A stretch of DNA of 63,224 bases, the filler included, from Phoronis australis (taxonomy: Eukaryota > Animalia > Phoronida): the NCBI GenBank assembly GCA_002633005.1. It is 11 parts of 11 records of this genome, joined end to end, with 100 filler letters (N's around TTAATTAATTAA, not from the genome) between each part and the next. Parts side by side here need not be neighbours in the genome. Positions count along the whole stretch, not along the records: positions 1 to 3,601 come from NMRA01002942.1; positions 3,702 to 25,306 come from NMRA01001004.1; 9 more parts are not named here. One strand, written 5' to 3'. Positions 1 through 11,937 of the stretch are shown here, in pieces. Positions within the stretch are counted from its first letter, which is position 1; every line of letters begins with the position of its first letter. Below the pieces are notes generated by a model. That model searched no databases, had not been told where the DNA came from, and saw nothing but the letters and a program-made list of their open reading frames with translations. A program made the position numbers and the translations under genes.

Positions 1-580
1 AGACTATACTAACAATGACAACCTGTGGTGTGTCCGTTGCCTATTCAGATTGAGCTTACAACAATTGATATGTAGATCACAGCCTCACTAATTTTCAGCT
101 CCCTTGTTGTTCCTGATTTTAACAAAGTCATTGAAAGAGCACTACTCATAACAATTATTGGAGCTCTGCAGATGAAAATTAATATGTGTCAGAATGTAGA
201 TGTTCCTTGGTCCGGGCTTTTAAGAGGCGTACAGTTTCGCCTATATAACTGGAGCTACATCCAGGGCAGATAAATCTGTACAGCACCCTGGACCGTAGAC
301 CCACAGGAATTTTGTCATTAGCGTTAAAAAATTGACAGTTTCAGAGACTTGAATGTTAATATAACACTTAAGTTTGTATGGTAATAATTCACCAATTTGT
401 TGAGTTTTGGTTGAGCAATTATGCCATAAAATCTAACATACGTGTAACTCAGTAGTAACATCAGTATTTCATAAAAGGACCTTCACTGGACTGTACACGC
501 GCTTCCATAGCTAATTCTCATCCTTTGTTTTAAGGTGGATCTCATTAACTCTAATAGACAGCGTGTATTGCATTAAATAC

Positions 581-1545
581 CAGTCCACGAGAGCACCAGT
601 CATCCAGCGGAATGGTGACGGTCAGACAATTTTCACCAAATTTGACACATAGGTGGTCCTATGGTATCTATAAACAGTGGTAAAACATTTCCCCAAAATA
701 TTTCAATCTACCAATGTTATAGGGTCAAACACATTTTACGGCTTCGCAGTCATGTTTCCATCTGTCTGATTTTAACTTTTTTCGAGAATGAAATATATTG
801 AGCTATTATTCACTTGGCATTGTTTAGTGATGTCAATAAATACACAAAACGTACCTCGATTGCCGTACATGAAGTAATATCCCACTCAACCTTATTCCGC
901 GTTATTTATCCCATGCGCTGTGAATTCCTAAGTTTCTTACGTTTTTTGGCAGATTTTGCAGATACTTCACCCAGACTGTTCACATGGCTAATAACATGTA
1001 TGTACTTGCGCGTTAGGTTGCAAGTTTTCTCTTGTAAAAGAACGATTTACTTCTTGAAAAGAGGTAGTAAAGATGAAAACAACGGCAACTGAGCAGTGAA
1101 CTTGTAACATCTCCTGGAAATAGTTAAAAAAACAACAATTTGATATTTTAATTTCCGAGGAATCGGCGCCTGAGACGATGTAATATTCAGCAATTGAAAA
1201 CCGAGACATAAGTGTCTTATAATATACAGTTTTGTTCCAAATTTTGCGTTTAGGGCCTGGTTGCATGTCGTGTGTTAGTTACACTGTTGAAACTATATTA
1301 CTCTAAGCTATATTCGGAGTTTGATGATCGAGCCGGCTGAAGACGTCGAGTCGACATTGACCTACCTTTTGAACTGTCCATGTCAGAGGTGGCTGTTGAA
1401 GAAGTGCGGAAGGTGAATAGGGAAAACTTTCTTTCATGGCCGTATTTCCCTCGAGAGATTCAACGCGCGTGGGATAAATCAATATACATATATTTTGAAA
1501 AAGATACCGATTTACAACCCTCATTTAGTAGTTTTACTACTTTAC
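581..1545 (+). mobile_element. Interspersed repeat end (DNA-transposon-like, possibly Academ); paralogue at 24965-25306
   Basis: 581-840 aligns by eye to 24965-25240 (YAGTCCACGAGAGCACC...TTTTCACCAAATTTG...CACTTGGCATTGTTTAGTG). About 1495-1540 aligns to 25262-25304, with about 640 bp extra in this copy. Superfamily is only guessed from the TAG-like start. Confidence 0.55.
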
Positions 1546-3601
1546 CCCCGTTAAGCCATTTTGAGGTAGCTGCTCTACCAAATCTTCTTCACTGCTACGA
1601 GAATGAAACTATTAGGCCAAAATATTAACAAACATGTTACTTTCATCGCATAAATAAATACTTTGTCAGCCACTTTATTATTTAGATATTTTGGCACCTC
1701 AAATGCACTAAAATGAGAAATTTTCAAAATCTGAGATTGCCGCGTCAGCTTGTATAATCAGACTGATATTTTACAATCGCGTTTGTTCCTCTTGAATGTT
1801 TTGAATGTTTCACTACATACCACTTAGGACTACCATACTCATAGATGCCATACATGACTCCATTTTTGTAAAAAGTCGCTAGACGTGAACTCGACAAATG
1901 TAGGTTATTTTAATTTTATAGTTCTTACGCCTTGAGATTTTGTCATGGGTATTTCACCACACATATTCAAACCAGATTACCCGTTGATCAAATGTTTATG
2001 TAATGCAATGTAATGTCAAACGAATGATAAGTTTAGTGTCATAAACAGAATTTTTATTGGACTTAAAACAAAAGGCCACGGAAACCTTGTGGTTTCCTGA
2101 CGAAATACTGGCTTTGCTGATCTCTAAAACACTTGAACGACAAGATACACAGAGACAAACTCCACAACTGTCCATTTCAAATGGTCGAATGGTTATCGCC
2201 CATCGGTTGTATCATTATTTTCTTTGTTGTGTCATTGTTGGATATAACAACACAGGTCGCATTGGTATAGAACCTTGACCGTTACCGATAAATGCTTGTC
2301 ATTATCTTTATTAGAACAACAGGAACAATGAAGCAGCTAATCTATCGATCTCTAAGCAACCAGGTTTCCCGTGGGTGACCCCAGAAGAGGGATCCCAAAG
2401 TATCCACCAACACTTAATTACGTTCCACGGTAAATCTTACCAAGCACAAGAGTCCTTTCCTTGGAACTTAAACGCCAATTTTTTTGTTTCCATGAACATG
2501 AACTGTGTTGTATTGCTCATGGTACGACTTCAGATTCCGTTTTATTTGAGGAGATTACCATCCGTTTCAATAAGTCTTTTCTACCGTTTTAATCGGTCTA
2601 TATCCACATCACCTCGTATGTATAGGGTTGCTGTTGTCGAGTGGAAGTACTCGATCTAAATTGATACAAAATAGATTGTTTTTGGAGGGCATTCTCCTTT
2701 AAGATTCCAATCCCCAACCCTGTAATATGTAGCTAATGTAAAAGTTCTAGACAATGCAAGTTTGTGGATTGATTCTCCTTGAAATGAAGAGTAAAGACTA
2801 AATTCTGCACCGGTTTTTCAAAAGTAATACCTTACTGGAAGATCATACACCAAAAACGAACCAATGTTTGATAAATTTATTCCTTATCCACCTCACAGAC
2901 TACTCATCTAAATTAAAAACATTCCATGTGAAAAAAGTAATACACCAACCGGAGACTTGTATACTACAAAATATGTTTTCATAGTACAATACAAAGAAAA
3001 CTGTGCAGTTAAAAGTGCAAATGTTATGACCCTGATAAGCAAATGTCTTCTGGACTTTTCCAACACTCCAATTTCTACAGGGCAGAGTCAACCACACAAA
3101 CCCCATAAAGTCAGGGAATTTCATTTAAGGTGATGTAGTCTCACGGCGTAAAAGCGATTTCGCAATGTCGCTGGCAACACTGTCACAACTTGAGCTGGCT
3201 GTTTATACGATGAACTGTACCACACCAATATTTTTATCAACAAATAATCACCACAAAGTGAAAAAATTGGCTTGTCGGTTCCAACTGGAGAGAATTTTTG
3301 CATTGATATAGTAACGAAAAAGTACTTTTGCAACATTGCTTGCGTTACGATTGCGTTGGCTACTCTTGTGTGCTCGAGCGGCAGCCATTTCATACTACGT
3401 GCTGGCAGTGGCTGCCACTATCCATTCACAAGTAGAACACGGATGGAGTTTGAGGCTATATACACCGAGTCTTAATTAAGCCTAGACCTGGAGAACTACA
3501 ACATAATCTTTTTCAACGATTCCATGGCAGTGTTGATGAAATTTCAGTGAGAAATCTCCCATCCAACCGGTGTGTTTTCCGATCACGCCACCCTCATCAT
3601 A

Positions 3602-3701
3602 NNNNNNNNNNNNNNNNNNNNNNNNNNNNNNNNNNNNNNNNNNNNTTAATTAATTAANNNNNNNNNNNNNNNNNNNNNNNNNNNNNNNNNNNNNNNNNNN
3701 N
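3602..3701. other. Artificial contig spacer (44N + TTAATTAATTAA + 44N); same spacer at 25307-25406, 30325-30424, 33281-33380, 35680-35779, 41307-41406, 43902-44001, 47480-47579, 50104-50203, 52215-52314
   Basis: Ten identical 100-bp blocks. TTAATTAATTAA places stop codons in all six frames, a standard concatenation linker. Confidence 0.97.
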
Positions 3702-3923
3702 GAATAATTCGGTGAGTACAACAGCAAGTCGGTTTTATGCTTAGGCGGACGAACATTGGGTTCCCCAGTATACAGCTATTGCCGTGGGCTGGCTAACACT
3801 AACAGCGTCCACACTCGCTGTGAAGTGTGGACGGAGGACACGCGATGTGTTGACCAGGATGTAACTCCGTACGTCAATGACGAGAGAGTCAGACGAGACT
3901 AACTTTTTCTAATATGATTTTAC

Positions 3924-3987
3924 CAGGTAGTTTCAGTGTTCTGCTGAATATTCTTGCTGCAACTCCAAACAACACGGGCGCAGCCAT
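3924..3987 (-). CDS. Candidate first coding exon of a gene divergent from EME1; mitochondrial-presequence-like peptide MAAPVLFGVAARIFSRTLKLP
   Basis: CAAAATGGCTGCG start context, a basic/hydrophobic peptide with no acidic residues, and a phase-1 donor CTG|GTAAAA. Downstream exons not identified; a spacer follows at 3602-3701. Confidence 0.5.
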
Positions 3988-4223
3988 TTTGGAAAAAGTC
4001 CGTTATAGATTGGCGTAAATTTTTACATTTTGTATAAAATGCAAAATAATTACGACGACTATCTGCTTTTTAGTATAACATTAACGCTACTATGATGTTA
4101 AAATGCCTTCCTAAAATCACAATGACAAAAACATCACTAAAAATGCAATTAGTTTTGGTATCATATTTGTAGGCGTAGTTATATAAGCTGTGACGATTCG
4201 GCGGGACAACTGGGAGTTTTAAA
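3988..4223. promoter_or_regulatory. Putative bidirectional promoter between the divergent exon and EME1
   Basis: 236-bp interval between two oppositely oriented ATGs, flanked by locally CpG-richer sequence; a YY1-like CAAAATGGC overlaps the minus-strand ATG. Confidence 0.45.
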
Positions 4224-4436
4224 ATGTCGAATACGATTGGGGCCAATACTGAAGCAATTCAGCAGGTACGCGAATTATGCCCGCATGCGGAAGTGGACTT
4301 TATTTGCAAAGACCTCATGCTTACAGGAAGTGTAGAGAGAACCATTAATCGAATTCTGGATGGCTGCAGTGACCAGGAGGTGTTGAAATTTCAGCAGGCG
4401 ACCTTGCTCAGCACGGCTGACGGCGCTAGGCAGCAG
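4224..4436 (+). CDS. EME1: EME1 exon 1, encoding a CUE-like domain (IQQVRELCPHAEVDFICKDLMLTGSVERTINRILDG)
   Basis: AAAATG start. Ends at CAG|GCAAGT, a GC donor in phase 0 matching the exon 2 acceptor. The peptide resembles AMFR/AUP1/Cue1-type CUE domains. An alternative phase-0 GT donor lies at 4266. Confidence 0.7.
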
Positions 4437-5231
4437 GCAAGTTGCACGGTTCGTCGGTTCAAGATTGATCAATGTTGGTTAGACGTCTTGCCACTCAGTC
4501 TTAGTGGCATCACTTAGAAAGGAATGTTGTGTGTGAACTGATAATTTTGTCGTAATAGCCAGGAATCTAATCCTGGAACGTCACAAGATTTATCTGACCA
4601 TGCAGAATAGCTGCATGACAGATGAAGGCTAAGATTGTAAGATTGTCTCGCATTAAGCCGGTCCTCAACTTTTGGTCTAGGATAACCAAGAGTCTGTGCA
4701 TTGCTTTGGCGGTATATCATCCATTTACCGACTACGCCAGTTGTAATAGCTGAGATTACCCGTCCTTGGGAATTGAACGCTCGAGCGTGCCCATGTGCGA
4801 GTAGCTAACAGAGGCTTGATTGACCGGAAGTACGTTTCATACCAATTTAGATCTCTAAGATTAAAGCGGCATTAAATCAATATAACTGATGGTAGCCAGC
4901 CAGCTAGCTGTATGAAGACTATCGTCAAAATACATATTTAGTTTACAGCTTTGTACCAAGGCCAAACTGATGTCAGATGAGTGATGTACGTATGACAATT
5001 TGGCTTGACCTCATATAACTGCTGTCTGGTAGTTTGGCAACATGGCCCATTATATGACACACCCAGCAGTTAGAGTAGCTCTATGCAGATCATTACACCT
5101 ACATCAGGGCTCGTGGTTTAATCTTTTTACTCAAAACCAAACTTGAAATTATTTTTGGCAAGAGGTTAAGAGCACTCCAGAAACCCAATCTGAGTTATGG
5201 TGACTTGACTTGTCTTATTTCATTCTCACAG

Positions 5232-6185
5232 GTGGCGCCACCTATCAGCATTCAGTCAAGTGATGAGAAGGAACTGCCATCTCTTGGAGAAGTTTTAAGT
5301 ACAGATCAACATTCAACATGTGACTATAGCAAAGGTTCAAAGCGGGCTTCACCTGATATGGCTGATGGTGATGTTCAACTCAGCAAAGACTCCTGTTCTA
5401 GCAATTTTAACAAATTTATGAAGGGAAAATACTGCTTCAAAAAGACAAATGTCTTAAAAAATGTTGTAACAGAGGACTGCCTAAGTGTGGATTCTGATCC
5501 CAAGATTGACCACAAGCAATTTAGTTGTGACACGAAGGTGTCATCGTCTTTCAGACTAAAAACAGGTTCACAATGTATAAGTGCAGATTCTGATCCAGAT
5601 GCTGACAGTAACAAAGATGAGGATGAAATTCCTGACATTGAAGAATATATTTCACAATTTATAAGAAAAGATCCAGTTAAGAAGTCAACTAACTTGCAGT
5701 TATCCTCAACCAATGATGTTATTAGAGATATAGTTGAATTATCGGACAGCGATGGAGAAAATACATGTGAAATGAACTTTACCACTATCACAGCCAAAGA
5801 GAGATGGTTTTGTAATTTGCATGGTGCCAATAGATCCTCCAGTTTTGGTTATGGGAGTGCAGGCACAACATCCAGAAGTTGTGTTGGAGCAATTTCAAAA
5901 ATAAACAGTTCTGAAGGGAAGGGGGTGAAGAATTCCTTATTTGGTAGCCTTGCCATGGGTTCTAGTGACTCACAAGTAACCAATGCAGCTATGTCAATCA
6001 ATAGTCAATCATCGGTGTCTAGTCTAAATACTGTTGACAAGAAAGAGTCTTGTAACTCTGAAAGCTGCAGTGTCTGCATGATTACTGACAGCCAATCGTC
6101 TGTTAGCAGCACTGTAACTCTGGAGGGAGGAAAGAGACGAAAAAGAACAGCAGAAGAGGTAGTGGAACAAAAACGACTTGCTAAA
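5232..6185 (+). CDS. EME1: EME1 exon 2, Ser/Asp-rich disordered N-terminal region with SIM-like motifs and basic KRRKR segment
   Basis: ctcacag|GTG acceptor, AAA|GTATGT donor, 954 nt open, phase 0/0; lies within ORF 5205-6275. Confidence 0.85.
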
Positions 6186-7062
6186 GTATGTGATCTTGTT
6201 CTAGTGTTTAAATTGCCTGCTGACACCATTAAACTTGAACTGAATGGTGCCCAGATTACAACAGCACTTTTTTAGCATAGATTTTGCTGTAATGATACTA
6301 AGCCCTGGTTTGATGATTTCCAACAACCCTCTTTCTGTCTCCTGCTAATGCATCACTGGCATCAATCTTTCAAGTTAAAGGCAGGAATCTACTAAATTTC
6401 ACACACCCTATGTCACAGATTGGACATTATGGTCCTTGGGGGGTGGTCTTTTCCCACAGTGTTATTCACTAAAAGCGTAGGTCACACTTGCCAGTTCAGC
6501 AGACTTTGAAAGGAATTTTCAAAATTCATCCAAACTTTTCAAGGTTGTCGATGGTTACAGAGTATTATTTTCTTTCAGAGAATTGGATGAGAAAGTCGTG
6601 TTTAGTATCGGTAAATAGGTCAAAACCGGATTTGGTAGTATTCTTTTAAAATTGTTCCTGCGGTGCATTAGCATAGTTAGCAGCATACATCTTTTAAGTA
6701 AAAAATAGCATTAATTTGTTTCTTTCATTGATGTGGTGCTTTTAGTTGTCAATATTTTCTAAAAGAAAAATTGACCTGATGCCAACTGAAATTAATCTTT
6801 TTCCCAGCGCCTCCTGTTGTCAGCTTCGACCAGATTTGGCTATGCTGTTTTTATACCTAACTTTCTATGAAAGCACTTTTGGGAATATTTTGATGATTAG
6901 AACATCCAAACAGCTAGCTGTGATTATAAAAAATTATTGTGTTGCTGATTATTCTTCAATTTTATTGTATTCATTTACAGTAATGGCTATAATGTTATCG
7001 CTAAAAGAAAGAAATTTGGGTAAACTTAAAGATTATGTGCAGCTTTCATGTTTCTTCCACAG

Positions 7063-7185
7063 GAGAGGAAAACAGAGAAAGAAAGACTGAGGGAAGATAA
7101 GAAAAAACAGAAAGAGAAAGACAGGATGATTAAAAAGTGTGAACAAGAACAGATGAAAAGTTTGAAACCTGGGGAGTGTATGAAG
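7063..7185 (+). CDS. EME1: EME1 exon 3 (ERKTEKERL...SLKPGECMK)
   Basis: ttccacag| acceptor, AAG|GTTGAG donor, 123 nt. Charged coil plus the (R/K)PxECxK motif typical of EME1. Confidence 0.9.
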
Positions 7186-7190
7186 GTTGA

Positions 7191-7692
7191 GTTACCTTAT
7201 TAAGATGGGCGCAGAATACTGAAGTACCCAAAGTTACCTTTTTAAGATTTGTGCAAAATACTGAACCATCCACAGTTACCTTGTTAAGACGGGTGCAGAA
7301 TAATGAAGCACCCAAAGTTATCTTTTTAAGATGGGTGCAGAATAGTGAAGCACCCACAGTTATCCTGTTATGAAGGGCGCAGAATACTGAAGCGCCCACA
7401 GTTACCTTGTTAAGATGGGCGCAGAATACTGAAGCACCCAGAGTTACCTTAAGTTATGTGCAGAATACTAAAGCACCCACAGTTACCTTGTTAAGATGGG
7501 CGCAGAATACTGAAGCACCCAGAGTTACCTTAAGTTATGTGCAGAATACTAAAGCACCCACAGTTACCTTGTTAAGATGGGCGCAGAATACTGAAGCACC
7601 CAGAGTTACCTTGTTAAGATAGGCGCAGAATACTAAAGCACCCACATTTACCTTGTTAAGATATGCGCAGAATACTGAAACACCCACAGTTA
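7191..7692 (+). repeat. 42-bp minisatellite (with 39-bp variants), about 12 copies
   Basis: Unit GTTACCTTGTTAAGATGGGCGCAGAATACTGAAGCACCCACA; begins 5 nt after the exon 3 donor. Confidence 0.93.
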
Positions 7693-8064
7693 ATGTTTAA
7701 ATGTGTTTTTGCTTAATTATGCAAAGTTGACAGCTATACAAATGCACAAAATTGTTAAATCTCTTTCTGTTGCATCAACATTCTTTTAACCAGAAAAAAT
7801 TGAAGTAATATCAATTGAAAACACCTTAATGTAATTCAAATATTAGGCTATTATCTTATTGTTTATACGCAATACTCTAAAACTTGAGAATTTTCTATTT
7901 GTTATGCCACTCCCCGCATTCTTTCAAAGGTTCCAATTTTCTGGTCCAGAGGGGGTTTTGAGTGCATAATTTTTACAACCACTAAGGTTATATTGAGTGC
8001 ACAGGACAACTTCAAAGTAATATGAAATGAGAATGAGGAGGTTTTATCGAATGTTAAGTGAAAA

Positions 8065-8240
8065 GTAACATACTTGAGGACCATTTTGACCGCAGCATAA
8101 CATAACAAAAATAACACATATGAGGACCCTCTAACCATAGCATAACATACAACAAAATAACACATATGAGGACCATGCTGACCACAGTATAACATATAAC
8201 AAAAATAACATGTGAGGACCATTCTGACCATACTAAACAA
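8065..8240 (+). repeat. About 45-bp tandem repeat, about 4 copies
   Basis: Recurrent ACATATGAGGACC..TGACCA.AG.ATAACAT..CAAAATAAC. Confidence 0.8.
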
Positions 8241-9227
8241 GAAATAGTAATTTGTCTCTTTTTTGTCTCAATTTTTTGTAAGGATTGAAAAATTAAATCA
8301 AAATATTTGACGATTGCTTTTGTGTCAAAGAAGATATCCCCAAGGTAACAGTCCTATTTCCTAAATAGCTCTCAGTATAACTGCAATGTATCAAACATTG
8401 CCTTTTCCCACAAAATTTTTGTTATGTAGTTATTGTATTAAATCTGTTTCTGGAAATTTTAGCAAACAAGCCCCTTTGGCCCTGATGGTTCCAAACATAA
8501 CCCATCTGCCATTTTCTGAAAAAACAATCTGGGGCTTAACTTCAAAATGGGCATGTACAACTTTTAATTATGTAATATGATGCTCAACATGGACCCTTAA
8601 ATGTATATAATGGCTGCAAAGGAGGCCATTTTGTGTAACAAAACCTTGTGACCAGTGATGAGAACCTGCTTTGCAAAATATAAATATCATTACTTGCATT
8701 TCTGTCCTTAGAGTCTAAATCAATAGCATAAGTGTTGTGTAGAAAACAAGCAGTGTGATGGACTGTGGTAAAAGTAAAACTGGTTTAGAGTTTCCTTACT
8801 GCAGAATATTATGACACAGCTCAAAATAAGTCAGAGTAAACACTGTTAATATGAGTGGAAAAAGTAAAAGACGAGTAGATAGTTGACCTCGCCCGTATCA
8901 CTCGTACAAACACTGAGCAGATGCTCAGCATTCTTTTTTGTTCCCTTTTTCTACGAGCCCAAATCCAGAAACACAAGTGGCAAATATGCCGTCACTCATA
9001 TTTTTGAGTGGACATAACATTTTCGCCTGTGTCGAGTGCTGTATGAGAACAGCTGAATGTACCACTGGCTTTCAATCCTGAAAGAATGTTTTATTAATAA
9101 AATATGGTTTTATCATGTGGTAATGAATGATGCACAAATTTGATCTTGTTATGAATTTATTGACGTCAGCTTTGAATAATTCAAAAGGAAATTCCCCATT
9201 TTGACTAAATATTCTCTGTAATTCCAG

Positions 9228-9398
9228 AACATTACAATGGTTATGGACCAGGATCTGTTTGCTAGTCCTCTAGCTCAGCCAATCAGTGCAGTTTTTCAAG
9301 GATCAGAGGTCACGTTTTGCTATGAGCAACTGTCTGTCAGCAACAGTATTCTGTGGAGACGACAGAAAATGGACCATAAGTTGGGAGAAAACTTACAG
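9228..9398 (+). CDS. EME1: EME1 exon 4 (NITMVMDQDL...SNSILWRR...), start of ERCC4-like domain
   Basis: attccag| acceptor, CAG|GTAATT donor, 171 nt, phase 0/0. Matches the EME1 IxVxxD and SxxWRR motifs. Confidence 0.9.
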
Positions 9399-9525
9399 GT
9401 AATTTGTGGTAGCTGACCTTTCCAATGATTTGATTTACCTTTTGCATGTTTGCTTTCTCTTTTTGATATCTTACAACACAATGCAAAATAGCTGTAAAGC
9501 AACATTAGGTCTTCAGAGTCCATAC

Positions 9526-11937
9526 CATAGACATCACATAGACCGGGTGCGTGCCACTCAGATACATGCAGCTCGTGTTGTCAATGTGACGCCATATTGG
9601 AGAGTACTACACAGGACAAAAATGGCGGAAAACACTGGGAGCCCTATGGCATCAGTCAGAAAATTGGCCGGCTCGCAGTATTATGCTTGCAGCCAAAGAG
9701 TTAAGATTTTTGGTCCATTGAGTCGTGGGTTTTTGGTTCAGCGATGGAGTTTATTGGTGTTGAAACTAGGTTTTTATGTTCTGCCACCATAATTTAAGCG
9801 GAGCGACTATATGCGTTATTTCCACATCAGTCTTAATGATTGAGACCATATAAGATCAATTAAAAAGATAATTATTGACCAGCATATGCTATTATCCAAT
9901 GATGATGCTGTTTGCTAATTATATTAATAAGTAAATATTTAGTATTATTGACAATCATATATATTTTTACTTGTAATGAAAAATAACATCTTCGAACTTA
10001 CTCGCCACTAGAGCCGGGGCATCGAAATCAGTACATCTAAGTGAGTAGTGCATTCTCTATTGAAATATAAAACTCATTTCTTAATATGTATTCCAAAATC
10101 AGATGTTTTCTGTTGTATCAAAACAAACAAATCTCTGCAAAATCGTACTTATGTCGAAGTTGATATTGGAAATTTTGTAGATTTGCACTGCTTGCTAACG
10201 AGCTCTCTGTTTTGTGACGAAACTTGTGCAAAAAAGTAAGGTGCATAATAACCAAAATATCAAAGCTGTACGACTGAATTGCGCATCCAATCTTTACCCA
10301 AAATACAGAATTTCCCACTCGAAACCGAATGGAATATACCTAACCGAGCCGATGTAGCCGCATTAATTATAACTCCGTGAAAAATGACCCCTGTTAGTTT
10401 TTTCTCAGGGTCTAAATTTAATGTGAAGAATATTCAGCCCATGAAAAAATGGCCCCATGTCTGTGAAACCCTCTCCCGTCATTATTCAATGATTCCCCGC
10501 AACAGGGGGTTGGGGTAAGCAAACAGCGTGCGTGAGAGAAGAATTTATTTTGAATTTCTCGGCTGAGGGTCGCGCACTACGCATATCAGATTAAGAGCGG
10601 GGATGGATAGGAACAGTCCGAAATAGTGTGTGCCGGAGCGAGGCTGATCTCTTTGTGAGCACACGGTGTGGGGATACTACAAAACGCCAACAAGTGCCTG
10701 GTGCTTGATCGGGGGGACTTCAGATCCGTGAAAGAGGAATACCGAGCGTGAGAGAAGAATATTTGTTTGTTGGCAATTCTGAGCAATGCACAGGAAAGGA
10801 ACTGAGTCTGTGTTCTTTGTTTTCTACGTTACGACGTTCTCCCGTTGAGTCTAACTTGTTAAGTTGTATATCACAACAAGTTGGGCGGATAACCGCTGTA
10901 GCCAATATCTTATACTCACGACTAATTAAGTGCATTCTGGAAATTAAGGTTGGAGGGTCTCGGTCAGCTCTCTTTTGTTCGATAATTGCTCTAATCTCTG
11001 ATAAGATCGTATCTTATATCCTCACTGGGCTGTGCTGTTTATAAGTTAAGTTATAAAATGTTTGAACATAAACCAATGACATTTCTGAATTGCCTATCAA
11101 ATACTGATCAAGCTTATAGTTTTTGAATCACCAAAATCGCCCAACTTCAATCAAAAGTAAAACAATCTATTCTGTCCGAACGTACCAACGTACTGGGTTT
11201 GACTGTGTTCACATGTGATCGGTTATAAGCCTAGTGGATAATTTATCTGCATGTTGTACCAGACAAAAGACTATGCTCGGCAGTTAACAAAGGAGCTAGA
11301 CGTTATTACACGCTCACAACCACTGTACTGAACAGGAGAACACCCTAATAAACTTTAAAAAACTGTCATTAATTTATATGACCCCGATGAAGTCATTTTT
11401 CACTGTAGTTCACATTACATTTAGACCCCATTAAAAGCGACCCGGGGTCATTATTCACCACTCTGTGAAAAGGCTTATTGGGGCACAACAAAGGTACGTC
11501 CGGAGTGAGCGACACTTCTCATGGATATAATGTTTTTGCATCGAGTGACCTGAATTAAATGATAAAGTTGTGCGATCTTAGTGGTTTCTCTTGAAAAGAA
11601 CGAAAAAATAAAATGGTGGCAGTGGATTGACAGGTGTGCAGCCGCTCAGGCCACTCGAAAATCTGCCACTGGTGTGATCTGCTAATAGTTTGATATTTTC
11701 ACTATCGACTGATTAAATCTTAAAAAACGCCCTTAAGTGCTACATCACATGTGTTTGTATGTTTCTGGAAAAAAATCACTTTCTTCGGCCTCTTTATTTG
11801 TTAGATATTGCTCTTTGAAAAGGACAATTTGCCCCGTTAGCCTTGTCACATGACTAGTAGCACTCTCCAATACGACGTTAAGTTGTCAGCTGCAGTAGCA
11901 CATGCGCCCGGTCTGTTATAGTATTAAGATGTCTAAG
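9526..11937. mobile_element. Non-autonomous DNA transposon, P-element-like, in EME1 intron 4
   Basis: Exact 8-bp TSD GTCCATAC (9518-9525, 11938-11945). Termini CATAGACATC / GATGTCTAAG. Imperfect TIR of about 85 bp (AGACCGGG.GC...TGCAGCT...TATTGGAGAGT.CTAC). No recognisable transposase ORF. Confidence 0.8.

Noticed and set aside
3646-3657. Recurrent TTAATTAATTAA motif as a biological element or piggyBac target
   Set aside because: Always centred in an identical N block; an artificial linker.
3745-3818. Candidate exon 2 of the divergent gene (ASVDAVSVSQPTAIAVYWG...)
   Set aside because: Hits a stop after about 25 codons, with no strong donor and no recognisable conserved motif.
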